Positions 19,240 to 28,668 of a DNA stretch of 64,000 bases are shown piece after piece; position 1 is the first letter of the stretch, and each line of letters starts with the position of its first letter. Below the pieces are notes generated by a model that was given only the letters and a program-made list of their open reading frames with translations, was not told the DNA's origin and made no database searches. The DNA is from an uncultured Terracidiphilus sp. (GTDB lineage: Bacteria > Acidobacteriota > Terriglobia > Terriglobales > Acidobacteriaceae). The DNA lies in assembly GCA_964407295.1 (NCBI GenBank), contig CAYOVE010000001.1, positions 6,450 through 70,449 on the forward strand. The letters are read 5' to 3'. Made by a program: the position numbers and the translations under genes.

Positions 19240-20526
19240 CTAAAGATGGTCAATCCCGCGCCGCGCCGGTGAGGCGCTCCATTGAGAATGATTTTCGACG
19301 AGAAGCCCCGCTCCTCCCGCATATTTTGGCTTGAAGGCAGCTTCCGATGCCTGACGAGGGGTCGAGTTCAGCGTTCGCTTGATCCACTTACGTGCCGGAG
19401 TCTCAATCCAAAAGTAGCTTGCAATGCTCAGAAGTGTACACAGGGTGAAACAGGCGAAGAAGGAAGTGAAATAGATGGCGCCAAATTCTGCGTGCGCTGT
19501 TCCGTGCAGCAAGTTGCGGATAGCAGGGGCCGTGGCGTTCAGTACCGGAAAGTGGATAAGATAGAGCCCGTAGCCGAACTCTCCGGAGATCACAAGCCAC
19601 TTGGTACTAAGCAGCCGCGAGGGAATCGTGGTCCCGCTCGAAAGCCCCCAAATAACCATGCAGAAAATGGGAGCCAGAAGGCCATCCGTCAGGATTGCTC
19701 TGCTTGCATACTGGGTGAAATACGCGCCCGGAATAAGCTCGCCGATGGCCAAATATGCCGCTACGGACGCTGCCAATGCAACGTATATCTTCGCGGGCCG
19801 AACCAAAACTCCGCCAGATTTATTTATCGAGGATACTTGCAGGCGCGCTAATAGGATTCCCACAAGGAAAGTGGAGACATGAAGCGGGGGGCAGTAGAGT
19901 AGCTCTTCGGTGTTCAGATGATGGGCTGCCGAAAAGGCCGCGGCATAAACGAGCGCGGATTGGCCGAGAACATAAACCAGAATCATCGTAATCCAAATCC
20001 ACACTCCGCGAAGCCGCCACAACAGCACTCCTGCAAAAGGAAAAAGCAAATAACATAACGTCTCGACAGAAAGGGACCAATTGGGAAAGTCCATCCCCCA
20101 GAAGCGAGGCGCCCAGGCTTGCAACATGAACAAGCATCCAACAAATTTAACTCCCGTTTTTATGAGCCCTTCATGCAGGCCTAGTTGGGCATTGTGCGAA
20201 AGGTAATACCACGGAACATCAGCCAAAAGCGTGACCAGAAAGACTGGGTAAACACGAGCAAAACGGGCGACATAGAATCTTCGCTTGTCAATCTTCTCAT
20301 TACGCCTCAAATAGACCCACGCAAGAATATAACCGGAGAAAAGATAGAAGAAACTGATGCTGATTGAGCCTAATGGGAGAAGTCGAAACAGAAATCCGCT
20401 GCGCGGCCGGATCGGCACCAAAAGCATCCAATGAAATAACACCACGTAGGCAACTGCAAAAAAGCGCAGCGAGGCCAACGGGAGCAGCCGTCCACTGGAC
20501 GGGTCCAAAAGGGGGGAGGTTTTCAT
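19240..20526 (-). CDS. Acyltransferase family 3
   Basis: SLRFFA..V..FH, FFYLFSGYIL, FYVARFARVYP, WSLSVE..CY, YGLYLIH, IETPAR. Confidence 0.9.
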   Translation of the reverse strand: MKTSPLLDPSSGRLLPLASLRFFAVAYVVLFHWMLLVPIRPRSGFLFRLLPLGSISISFFYLFSGYILAWVYLRRNEKIDKRRFYVARFARVYPVFLVTLLADVPWYYLSHNAQLGLHEGLIKTGVKFVGCLFMLQAWAPRFWGMDFPNWSLSVETLCYLLFPFAGVLLWRLRGVWIWITMILVYVLGQSALVYAAAFSAAHHLNTEELLYCPPLHVSTFLVGILLARLQVSSINKSGGVLVRPAKIYVALAASVAAYLAIGELIPGAYFTQYASRAILTDGLLAPIFCMVIWGLSSGTTIPSRLLSTKWLVISGEFGYGLYLIHFPVLNATAPAIRNLLHGTAHAEFGAIYFTSFFACFTLCTLLSIASYFWIETPARKWIKRTLNSTPRQASEAAFKPKYAGGAGLLVENHSQWSASPARRGIDHL

Positions 20527-20588
20527 AATTCTATTTTCTTTCTAAGACGCGTAGCGCGTGACCCTGGCGCGGCAAATCGATCTCCTGT

Positions 20589-22814
20589 TTATTGAGAAAC
20601 AGAGTTGTCAATTCGGTAAATCTTGAGGCTACCGGTATCCTGCAGTTCAGCCAGCCAGGCGGGCAGCGGTCTGGGCAGTGAAATGTCAGTGCCGGGACGG
20701 GCAACGAGCCATTGGACGCGCCATTTTTGGGCGATGTCGCGCACAGTTTTCGGGTCGGTGGCGGTAAAGAGCAGGTCGTTGTCGCGAAGCAGATCACTGA
20801 ACCACGGAAGCAGGTTTTCGCCTCGATCCAAATATCCTTCAAGCAGCACCGGATGCTCGGCCAGCGCTGAATAGCCGTATGAGCGATCGACAGGAGGCTG
20901 AAGGCCAGTCGGATCGAATGCATGCCGGTTGGTCGCAAATCGCTCGTCTGGCGCCATCAGCTTGCCCAGGCGCCGCAGTCCGTGAACCTCATCAGGTGGG
21001 TAGGTTACGTCTGTTTTAACTTCTCCCATCCCGTGTCTGAGCAGATCAGGAATCCAAGCCAGAAAGCCCACCATCAGCACCGCGATGAAGACCGCGGAAC
21101 AGACCGCGCGAAGGCGACCGCTTCGATTCATAAGCGCCGAAGTCAAGACCAGCAGCGAAAGCAATACAATGGCCAGGAGTAGCTTGAGCCCCATCATTGC
21201 TGTTCCTGTCTTGTGATGAGTAAGAAAGGCGACGCATGCAATCAAAACGCCGGCGGCAGTTATGATCGTCAACCCCACCTTCGCCGCCCGGAGCCATTCC
21301 ACGATTAATTTGGAGCGTTCTGCGCTGCGCCAAAATCCCGCAGTCACCCTGGAAAAGGCGAATATGCTGAAGATGCTTTGCAGGAAATTTATCCCGTAAC
21401 GCTCGTTGCCGTCTCTGAGCTGGAGAAGAACAGAAAACGCGAGCAAGCCCACAACGCTCGCAAGAACCGTTGCGGAAACAGGATCCTTCCAGGACCGCGA
21501 GATCCAGCCAAACCCCAGAATTCGAAATCCGAGACCGACGAGGAACCAAACCGCGAGCGGCCACCATTGCCAAGTTACGTGATGGTTGATCGACGCCTGC
21601 GCTGCATCCTGCGCATGAGTGTAACCCATCGTTTCCCAGGCCGCGAGAAACAGGCAGAGCATCAAGATGATTGGCGGCCACGACCGCATCGTCGCGAGAC
21701 GGCCCCAAAACAAGAGAATGCCCGCGACGCCGAGGCAGTACAGAGCGGCCACCGAGTTTACGGGAACTGCAAGTGCCGGCAGCGCCAGCAAAACCGCGCC
21801 CCTCCAGGAGAGTGTCGATTCCCGCTCACGTTCAATCAGGCACAGGCCCAAGACCGCGGCGATAGCCACAAGGCCATGAATCAATGAATGGCCCGAAAGG
21901 AGATAACCGAATGGTCCACCGAAGCCGGGCACTTCCACCCCCGGGATGGTGAAAAGGACGGGATGGATCATGTGGCCGGAGCCGTCCCACTCGGGCGTGA
22001 AGAGAGTCAGGAGTGAACCGTAGAAGAAAAGTCCCGCGACGGACATGATCCCGCCGAATTCTTTGCCCGTGGCCCTGATTGACAACAGTGTGCCAAGCCC
22101 AAAACATGAAAGTAGGAGCGCCCAAAGCGACGCGCCACGAGTCACGCGGGCGAGTGCATCCCCAAGGTCGAGCCCATCGAGCTTGGATATGGTTGCGGCC
22201 GGTGCATAGGGCGCGAAGTGGTAAAGAAGTTCGGCAGTAAATGTTCCGGGCGTCTTCGGGGGGCTCCCCCCATCCTTGATGCTCGCGGCGATCGCGTGAA
22301 AGTGTTGCGTATCCTTGAACATCCAGCTGTAACTTCCGTCGCGTCGCTGAACGGCATCCTTCGATGCCGAAGGGAGGAAGTAAATCATGCTGATCAACAA
22401 GGAAAATACAGCCAGCGTTAAGCCATAGGAAACGGTCCTTTCTGCCCAGAGAATACGATCTTTCCAGAGTCCAACGACCCCCACCACGCTCAGCACGAAC
22501 CACAACGCCGTCGCCCAAATAAGCGGATTGCCCAGCCTGACCCAAAACGCGGTTAGAGCCGATATAACCAGGATCCCGATAGCGGGAGCAAGGAAGACGA
22601 CTCGAATGCGTGCAGGTGCAGGCAGCGCAACAAAGGCGAACCCATACCCCGCGGTGAGCACAACGATCGCGTAGGCGAGGAAGTTAAGCGCGGCCACGCC
22701 GCCAGCCGTAAAAAGCACCACCGCTATCCACGGCAGGAACACGAGTGCCATAACGGTGTGAATCCGTTGCCCGGCGTGTAGAACCGGTTTGATGTCGGGC
22801 TCGGCTGACGTCAT
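20589..22814 (-). CDS. Large polytopic membrane protein (GT-C-like), paralog of 15312-17510
   Basis: DTQHFHA...LLYHF loop; long near-identical blocks shared with the paralog; GGAGA before ATG 22814 (ORF is open to 22958). Confidence 0.7.
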   Translation of the reverse strand: MTSAEPDIKPVLHAGQRIHTVMALVFLPWIAVVLFTAGGVAALNFLAYAIVVLTAGYGFAFVALPAPARIRVVFLAPAIGILVISALTAFWVRLGNPLIWATALWFVLSVVGVVGLWKDRILWAERTVSYGLTLAVFSLLISMIYFLPSASKDAVQRRDGSYSWMFKDTQHFHAIAASIKDGGSPPKTPGTFTAELLYHFAPYAPAATISKLDGLDLGDALARVTRGASLWALLLSCFGLGTLLSIRATGKEFGGIMSVAGLFFYGSLLTLFTPEWDGSGHMIHPVLFTIPGVEVPGFGGPFGYLLSGHSLIHGLVAIAAVLGLCLIERERESTLSWRGAVLLALPALAVPVNSVAALYCLGVAGILLFWGRLATMRSWPPIILMLCLFLAAWETMGYTHAQDAAQASINHHVTWQWWPLAVWFLVGLGFRILGFGWISRSWKDPVSATVLASVVGLLAFSVLLQLRDGNERYGINFLQSIFSIFAFSRVTAGFWRSAERSKLIVEWLRAAKVGLTIITAAGVLIACVAFLTHHKTGTAMMGLKLLLAIVLLSLLVLTSALMNRSGRLRAVCSAVFIAVLMVGFLAWIPDLLRHGMGEVKTDVTYPPDEVHGLRRLGKLMAPDERFATNRHAFDPTGLQPPVDRSYGYSALAEHPVLLEGYLDRGENLLPWFSDLLRDNDLLFTATDPKTVRDIAQKWRVQWLVARPGTDISLPRPLPAWLAELQDTGSLKIYRIDNSVSQ

Positions 22815-22975
22815 ACATCTCGAATTCTCCGGACCATCAACAAGACGAGTGTTCAAATGATCACCAGAGAAGCGATGCGGGTGTATTGATTGTTTCTCAA
22901 AGGTCAAGCACCGGTTTCTATGCGCGACATTTGTCTTTTGAGAGCGAGAGGGTGTCATTGCCGTCTATTCGCGTA

Positions 22976-24736
22976 TTAATGAACGGAAGTCAAATCGCAA
23001 TTATCGGATTTGAGTTTTGAGTCCTGTGGAATATTGAAGAGGAGCAGTGGACCTATGCGCTCGGTTGGGTCAATTTTCTCGTACCACTCGACCGGCGTCC
23101 CTGGGCCCCGATAGTATCTTGCCCCAGACCAATAGCTCAAAGACTTTTCGACCGTTGTGCTGACCACGTTCCAGCCAGGAGCAGGAACACAGGTGTTTAC
23201 CTGTTTCGCATCCGGAAGCCCGTACCAAGCCTCCAGATACGCGTAGTGTGCTTGAGGGCCGTACCCTGCGTCCTCGGTTATTGCGAGTGCGACCTTCTGG
23301 ACGCCTTGCTCGCGTAGGCGGCCGGCGAGTAACCTCAAGTCCTGTCCCCAGTCATAATTGGAGTCCACGAGGATCCGTTCGGGCTTACTGCCTGCGAATC
23401 CGTTGAAATAAGCCAGATAGTCGGGGTGATGATTGGCGACGGAAAGCACCAGCCACGCGATCAAGGCGCTCCCGAAAAACACTGAAGCAATTCCGGTGCG
23501 TGTCCATTGCAGAAATTGCCGAAATCCGAGCGCCGAGATGACGGAAAGGCCAATCCATATCGGCTCAATATGGCGAATTCCAATGTCGATGTGACTTCGC
23601 AGGGCCGGCAGAAAGATACCGAGTATGAGAGCAACCGGCATTAAGTAAATGGGTTGCAGGCGTTCCTTCAAACACACAAACAGCCCCACCGCGGATAACA
23701 GCAGAATGGCAATCGGCGTCTTTACCGCCAAGGCAACAGGGAAGTAATACCACCAGCCTCCCCGGCCAAAATGTCCGAGAAGGTAAGAACCATGCCCCCC
23801 GATGTTGTGCGCGAGTGAGGTTTGCAGTCCGGCGAAGAGCCCGGGAGCGGGAAGAATAAACACTTTGCCTGAACGATGAGTGACGAACTTTCCGACAGTG
23901 AACCCATATCCGGCCCACACCAATAGAATTGCGGCGACCGCCGCAACTACAAAGGTCAGTGCGCGCTGCGTCGCCAGACTCCACAATTTGCCCCATCCCG
24001 GCCACTCAACGGCCAGATAAAACAACAACGCCAGGCCCAGGCAACCCGGAATGTAACCTAATGCTGTGAACTTTGAAAGGCACGCAAGCGCAGTAAACAT
24101 GGCCATAAACAAAGCCCTGAGCCACGTAGGGTTTTGTGCCCACAGGATCGCAGCGAATATGGCCGCCCCCACAGTAGCGGCCAGCGCAAGATCGGTAGTC
24201 GCGAGCCCGCCATCAGCAAGCGGCGATGGCATCAACGTATAGAAACAGGTCGCCAATACCGCGATCGGCTTTCCAAATGCATGCCATGTCAAGCCGCAGA
24301 CAACGAGACAAGCCAGAATGTAAAAAGGCAAGTTACCCAACCGCATCAGGGCAATCGTGCGTTCCGGATGGCCAGTCAGGGCGATCAAATCGAGGGGGTG
24401 CAAGGCGGCGATGGGAAGATTCGGGAGTCTCGCGCCGGCAATATACGGACCGAGGGCCTGCATCAGCCGAGATAGCGGGGGGTGCGCAATATTGTAGGTG
24501 TATGTATGCCTCGTCAGATATTCGAGCCCTGAGGCAAAGTCGTCTGGCTCGTCGGTGGTAAGGCTCAGCGCGTTATAAGTAGCGATGATCCGCGCGCATG
24601 CAATCCCGATCAAAGACAGGCACAAGGAGACGAAATGGCGTCCGAGAAATGGGCCAAGTTTAGCCTCCCAGAAAGAGGAAGCCGACCTCCCTTTGTGGGA
24701 GGCATGGCGCTCGGCATGCCAACTAGCAGTTTTCAT
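22976..24736 (-). CDS. ArnT/PMT-like (GT83/GT39) membrane glycosyltransferase
   Basis: TTDEP acidic loop after the first TM helix, HPPL, ATTD, SKFT, WWYYF..AVKTP, IGIRH, DSNYDWGQD; start uncertain (TTG 24799 possible). Confidence 0.8.
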   Translation of the reverse strand: MKTASWHAERHASHKGRSASSFWEAKLGPFLGRHFVSLCLSLIGIACARIIATYNALSLTTDEPDDFASGLEYLTRHTYTYNIAHPPLSRLMQALGPYIAGARLPNLPIAALHPLDLIALTGHPERTIALMRLGNLPFYILACLVVCGLTWHAFGKPIAVLATCFYTLMPSPLADGGLATTDLALAATVGAAIFAAILWAQNPTWLRALFMAMFTALACLSKFTALGYIPGCLGLALLFYLAVEWPGWGKLWSLATQRALTFVVAAVAAILLVWAGYGFTVGKFVTHRSGKVFILPAPGLFAGLQTSLAHNIGGHGSYLLGHFGRGGWWYYFPVALAVKTPIAILLLSAVGLFVCLKERLQPIYLMPVALILGIFLPALRSHIDIGIRHIEPIWIGLSVISALGFRQFLQWTRTGIASVFFGSALIAWLVLSVANHHPDYLAYFNGFAGSKPERILVDSNYDWGQDLRLLAGRLREQGVQKVALAITEDAGYGPQAHYAYLEAWYGLPDAKQVNTCVPAPGWNVVSTTVEKSLSYWSGARYYRGPGTPVEWYEKIDPTERIGPLLLFNIPQDSKLKSDNCDLTSVH

Positions 24737-24893
24737 ATTGGGAGGATCAATCCGTTTGCAATCGTCGATATCGGAATCACCGATATTTCTCGACGGCAAA
24801 ACACGGTGCGAAGGAGATCAAGCCCAACGAGGCCTCGGATCGGTGCTGATTGCAGAACTTAATTCCAGCACGATGACCGAATTCTCGAAGAGA

Positions 24894-26036
24894 TTACGGA
24901 GAGCCAACTCCAGCGTTTGCCAGAGCCTTACTTACTCCGATTCGACGTGACATGAGCTTGCCAAAGCGCATCGCAGGCTTCTCGATGAGAAAGTACGAGA
25001 ACGGCACAATGAGGAACAACAATGGTAAAAGCACCGTGATGATCTGGCCTGCTTGGGAAAAATACATATGTTCTCCAGTCGCTGACCAATATGACTTCGG
25101 CGCCGTAAACAGCTGCTGCCACAGATAAATCCCGTATGATGTGAGGCCGATAGCCTGCATTGGTCTGCTGCGTAATATGGCCCGAAGCCATGGACCACGC
25201 TCCAGGCTAAAACACAGCACAAGACAAATTGCCGGGGGTACGATCAGGGACTCATACATTGCCTCGAGCCAACCGCCGGGAACCACTGGATGAACGACAA
25301 CCACGAGGCCTGCGAGAGCCACGATTGCGGCGGGAATGATCTTTGCAATCCTGCGGGCTCCGTCTTCGTGAATCGCCATTAGCACGCCGCAGGAAATGCA
25401 GGCGAATCCTGCCCGAGTATTACCGGACGTGAGCGCGTCCCATCTTGTCAAGACGTCCGATAGATTCCACGCTGCGATTAGGAGAAAGATGCCGAGCGCG
25501 GCGTGCGCCCTCCGCGACTTCCGCATCAAAATCCACAGACCTGGAAATATGAGATAGAACTGCTCCTCAATCGCGAGACTCCAGGTGTGCCCCACAAACC
25601 AGCTGTGAGGAGTAAAACTGAGATCGAATGAGAATAATCCGCTCTCGAGAATCGCCTGCCAGGACTCATGAATGAGTCCGAGTGCAGTTAATAATGATAT
25701 TGCTCCAAGATATGTATAAAATGGCGGAATAATTCGGAAGATTCTTCGGAAATAAAATCCCTTCAGTGAAACCGAGCCTGTCTGGGCCTCCTCTCTTATC
25801 AGAAGCCGACATATTACAAAACCGCTGATTACGAAGAATATCTTTACGCCTAGCTGGCCAGTGTTGAAAGCAAATTGCGTTAGAAGGGGGGACCACGAAA
25901 CCAAGCGGGCATGCTGTAAGCCAAGAATATGGTACCCGATCACAAGCATCACGCTCGCTGCGCGCCACCCATCCAATTCCTGTATTCGCTGAGAATGCGC
26001 ATCCGCTGCCAAATCCATGTGTGGGTTCAGTCGCAT
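24894..26036 (-). CDS. Acyltransferase family 3, paralog of 14179-15294
   Basis: LDGWRA, GVKIFFVISGF, HTWSLAIEEQFY, SYGIYLWQQ, IEKPA. Confidence 0.9.
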   Translation of the reverse strand: MRLNPHMDLAADAHSQRIQELDGWRAASVMLVIGYHILGLQHARLVSWSPLLTQFAFNTGQLGVKIFFVISGFVICRLLIREEAQTGSVSLKGFYFRRIFRIIPPFYTYLGAISLLTALGLIHESWQAILESGLFSFDLSFTPHSWFVGHTWSLAIEEQFYLIFPGLWILMRKSRRAHAALGIFLLIAAWNLSDVLTRWDALTSGNTRAGFACISCGVLMAIHEDGARRIAKIIPAAIVALAGLVVVVHPVVPGGWLEAMYESLIVPPAICLVLCFSLERGPWLRAILRSRPMQAIGLTSYGIYLWQQLFTAPKSYWSATGEHMYFSQAGQIITVLLPLLFLIVPFSYFLIEKPAMRFGKLMSRRIGVSKALANAGVGSP

Positions 26037-26142
26037 CTACTCGCTTTTCCTCTGAGCCGAAGCGCCCATCGATTCGGAACCAGTTAGCGCGGCTTGACAA
26101 TGTTAGCTCTATAGATCAATCACACTTGCGAGACTTAACTCG

Positions 26143-26967
26143 TCACCAGGCGCTAAGCCCGCCGTCGACAACGAGGCAGTGACCGGTCACATAACTTGAA
26201 GCGCCGGAGGCAAGATATACCAGCGCGCCGACCATTTCTTCGGGCTGCGCCATCCGAGCCAGAGGAACGCGTGCGGAATAGCGCGTCTTGAAGGTTTCGT
26301 TTTGCCCGCTTTCCACCCCGGCCGGTACCAGGGCGTTCACTCGAATCCCAGCGTCAGCCCAGTTAGCCGCAAGGTAGCGGGTCAGTCCGACGACGGCGGC
26401 CTTCGATGTTGAATAGACCGCGGGGTTACTAATCTGGCGGCCCATGTAAAACGACCCCTCGTAGATGCGCTTGTCCGAGGAGAATAAACCGTAGATCGAC
26501 GCCGTCTGGATGATGCTGCCGCCGGTTCCCTGCTTTTGCATTTGCCCGCCGACGGCCTGGGCGACCAGGAACATGCCGTCTACGTTCACCGACATGATTC
26601 GCCGCCACTCTTTCAGCGAATAGTCTTCAGTGCTGGCAAAGAACGCGTCAAGGTCAGCCGACTTCGATGCAGCATTGTTGTGGAGAATATCGATCGAGCC
26701 GAAGCGGCTGACCACCTGATCGACCATGCCGGCTACTGAGGCCTGATCGGACACATCGCAGGCGACCCCGATGGCCGCCTTTCCATAGTCGCGCTCTAGG
26801 TCAGAGGCGAACGCGGCGCATCGATCGAGGTCGAGGTCAACAACGGCCACATGCGCTCCGAATTCAGCCAGACCGCGGCAAAAGTGCTGACCGAGAATGC
26901 CCACCGCTCCAGTAACGATAGCCGCCTTCCCTGTCAGATCAAAGAGGCTTTTATAGTGGGAGTTCAT
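26143..26967 (-). CDS. SDR oxidoreductase (PtmA-like, nonulosonate pathway-associated)
   Basis: TGAVGILG, NNAA, ASIYG, YSTSK, IRVN, DGG. Confidence 0.9.
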   Translation of the reverse strand: MNSHYKSLFDLTGKAAIVTGAVGILGQHFCRGLAEFGAHVAVVDLDLDRCAAFASDLERDYGKAAIGVACDVSDQASVAGMVDQVVSRFGSIDILHNNAASKSADLDAFFASTEDYSLKEWRRIMSVNVDGMFLVAQAVGGQMQKQGTGGSIIQTASIYGLFSSDKRIYEGSFYMGRQISNPAVYSTSKAAVVGLTRYLAANWADAGIRVNALVPAGVESGQNETFKTRYSARVPLARMAQPEEMVGALVYLASGASSYVTGHCLVVDGGLSAW

Positions 26968-27874
26968 TGAGAAATACCTCTCTGTTTTCATTGCGGGCTA
27001 TGCGACCTGCGATCAACGTGCGCATAATTTCAAGTGTTCTTTCTGGCGGGATCGCCGGCTGCGCGGTGCGAATGGACTCGGCGAATTGCCACAGCATGCG
27101 GCGAAACATGGAAAAATTATCGGTGATGTCGAACGCCCCGTTGCGCTCCGTTCCGAAAATTTCTATGTGAAACGTGCGTGCGCATTCTCCCAACGCATCG
27201 ATCTGAAGCAGCACGCCATCATCCAGGAGCACAACTGCCGAGGCATGCTCGACAGGAAGCATACGCACTGAAACAGGATGCGCCGGGGTAATTGCCAGAA
27301 CGGCCTCCAGTAAATGGACGCCATACTTTTCCCATGACAAAACGATCGCGCCGCGAATCGACTTCAATTGGCCGTATGCCGCAAGATTGACGCGCGGCTC
27401 ATCCAACTCGCGGGAGTAGCGCATGCCCGAGCACGACATCAGCTGACCTTTTTCAAGATATGCCTTGAAGATGCGCAATTGGGCGAGATCGAGGCTGAGA
27501 GGTTTGTCAATAAATACCGGCAGCCCCGCTTCAAGAAAAGGCACCGCCATCTCGAAGTGGGTTTCATGATCATCGCGGGCTATGATCACGGCGTCTACCT
27601 TACCCAGAAACTCGCGGTAATCCCCTGCGCAGTGAGGAATGCGGCAAGCGGCGCACAGCCGCTTGGTCGATTCCGGATCCTGCGTCCAGGCGTGGGTGAT
27701 CCTCCAGCCCTCTAAGCCGAATTCTGACGCGTGTCGGCGCCGAACGTAGTCATAAATGCCCGGCCATCCGGATGCCGCCAGCCCCTCCGTAGAGTAACCG
27801 TTGATGATCGATCCATAAGAGAACGGATGCCCGTTCCCTTCGCTCAGTCCAATGATCCCGAAAGATTTCACCAT
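26951..27874 (-). CDS. Gfo/Idh/MocA-like oxidoreductase
   Basis: Rossmann start FGIIG..GNGHP, DAVIIAR, FIDKPL, YGVH. Confidence 0.75.
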   Translation of the reverse strand: MVKSFGIIGLSEGNGHPFSYGSIINGYSTEGLAASGWPGIYDYVRRRHASEFGLEGWRITHAWTQDPESTKRLCAACRIPHCAGDYREFLGKVDAVIIARDDHETHFEMAVPFLEAGLPVFIDKPLSLDLAQLRIFKAYLEKGQLMSCSGMRYSRELDEPRVNLAAYGQLKSIRGAIVLSWEKYGVHLLEAVLAITPAHPVSVRMLPVEHASAVVLLDDGVLLQIDALGECARTFHIEIFGTERNGAFDITDNFSMFRRMLWQFAESIRTAQPAIPPERTLEIMRTLIAGRIARNENREVFLNELPL

Positions 27875-28668
27875 ATAGCCCATCCGCCATCGACGCAAAG
27901 ATTCTGTCCGGTGATGTAGCTCCCGGCGTCGGAGCAGAGCAACGCAACCGCGCCCTTGAGCTCGTCAGGCTGGCCGATGCGGTTCATTGGATTCTTGGAG
28001 CCAAGCTTTTCCATGAATGCTTCATGCTTCTGCGTCGCGGGATGCGGAAACGCGCCGGGGCTCAGCGCGTTTACGCGGATGCTGTAAGGCGACAGAAAAC
28101 TCGCCAGGTACTTGGTGAACTGAATAACACCGGCTTTGGCTGCTCCGTAGCTTGGCGGATTCGCGAACTCCTTGCCGTCGTAGATGCGGTAATCGGGGCC
28201 GATGTGGCCGTACATCGAAGCAATGTTGAGAATGACTCCGCGCGTGGCTTTGAGATCCGGAAAAGCCGCCTTGGTAAGCCGGAAAACCGAGTTCAGGCTC
28301 ATGTCGATGTCATGCTCCCAATCCTCATTGCTAATGGAGTCCCAGGAGTTTTTATTGCCCGACCAGGCATTATTTACCAGGATGTCAATGGCCTCGAATT
28401 GCTCGTGCACCTGAGCGAAGAATTTCGCTGGTGCATCCCGGCTGAGGACGTCGAGTTCGAATGCCACTGCTTTTACCGAGCCACCTGTCAGCTCTTTGAT
28501 CTCATGGCACTTCTTTTCGCATTTCGCCTTGTCGCGGCTGGCCAGAACCAAATTGGCGCCCAACTCGGCGAGCGTCTCACTAATGGCAGTGCCCAGATAG
28601 CCCGCGCCGCCGGTGATTACAGCTGTCTTACCCTTTAAAGAAAATAGCTGTTGCAAAGTCTTGCTCAT
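27868..28668 (-). CDS. SDR oxidoreductase
   Basis: TGGAGYLG, NNA, ASMYG, YGAAK, IRVNALSPG, DGG. Confidence 0.9.
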   Translation of the reverse strand: MSKTLQQLFSLKGKTAVITGGAGYLGTAISETLAELGANLVLASRDKAKCEKKCHEIKELTGGSVKAVAFELDVLSRDAPAKFFAQVHEQFEAIDILVNNAWSGNKNSWDSISNEDWEHDIDMSLNSVFRLTKAAFPDLKATRGVILNIASMYGHIGPDYRIYDGKEFANPPSYGAAKAGVIQFTKYLASFLSPYSIRVNALSPGAFPHPATQKHEAFMEKLGSKNPMNRIGQPDELKGAVALLCSDAGSYITGQNLCVDGGWAIW

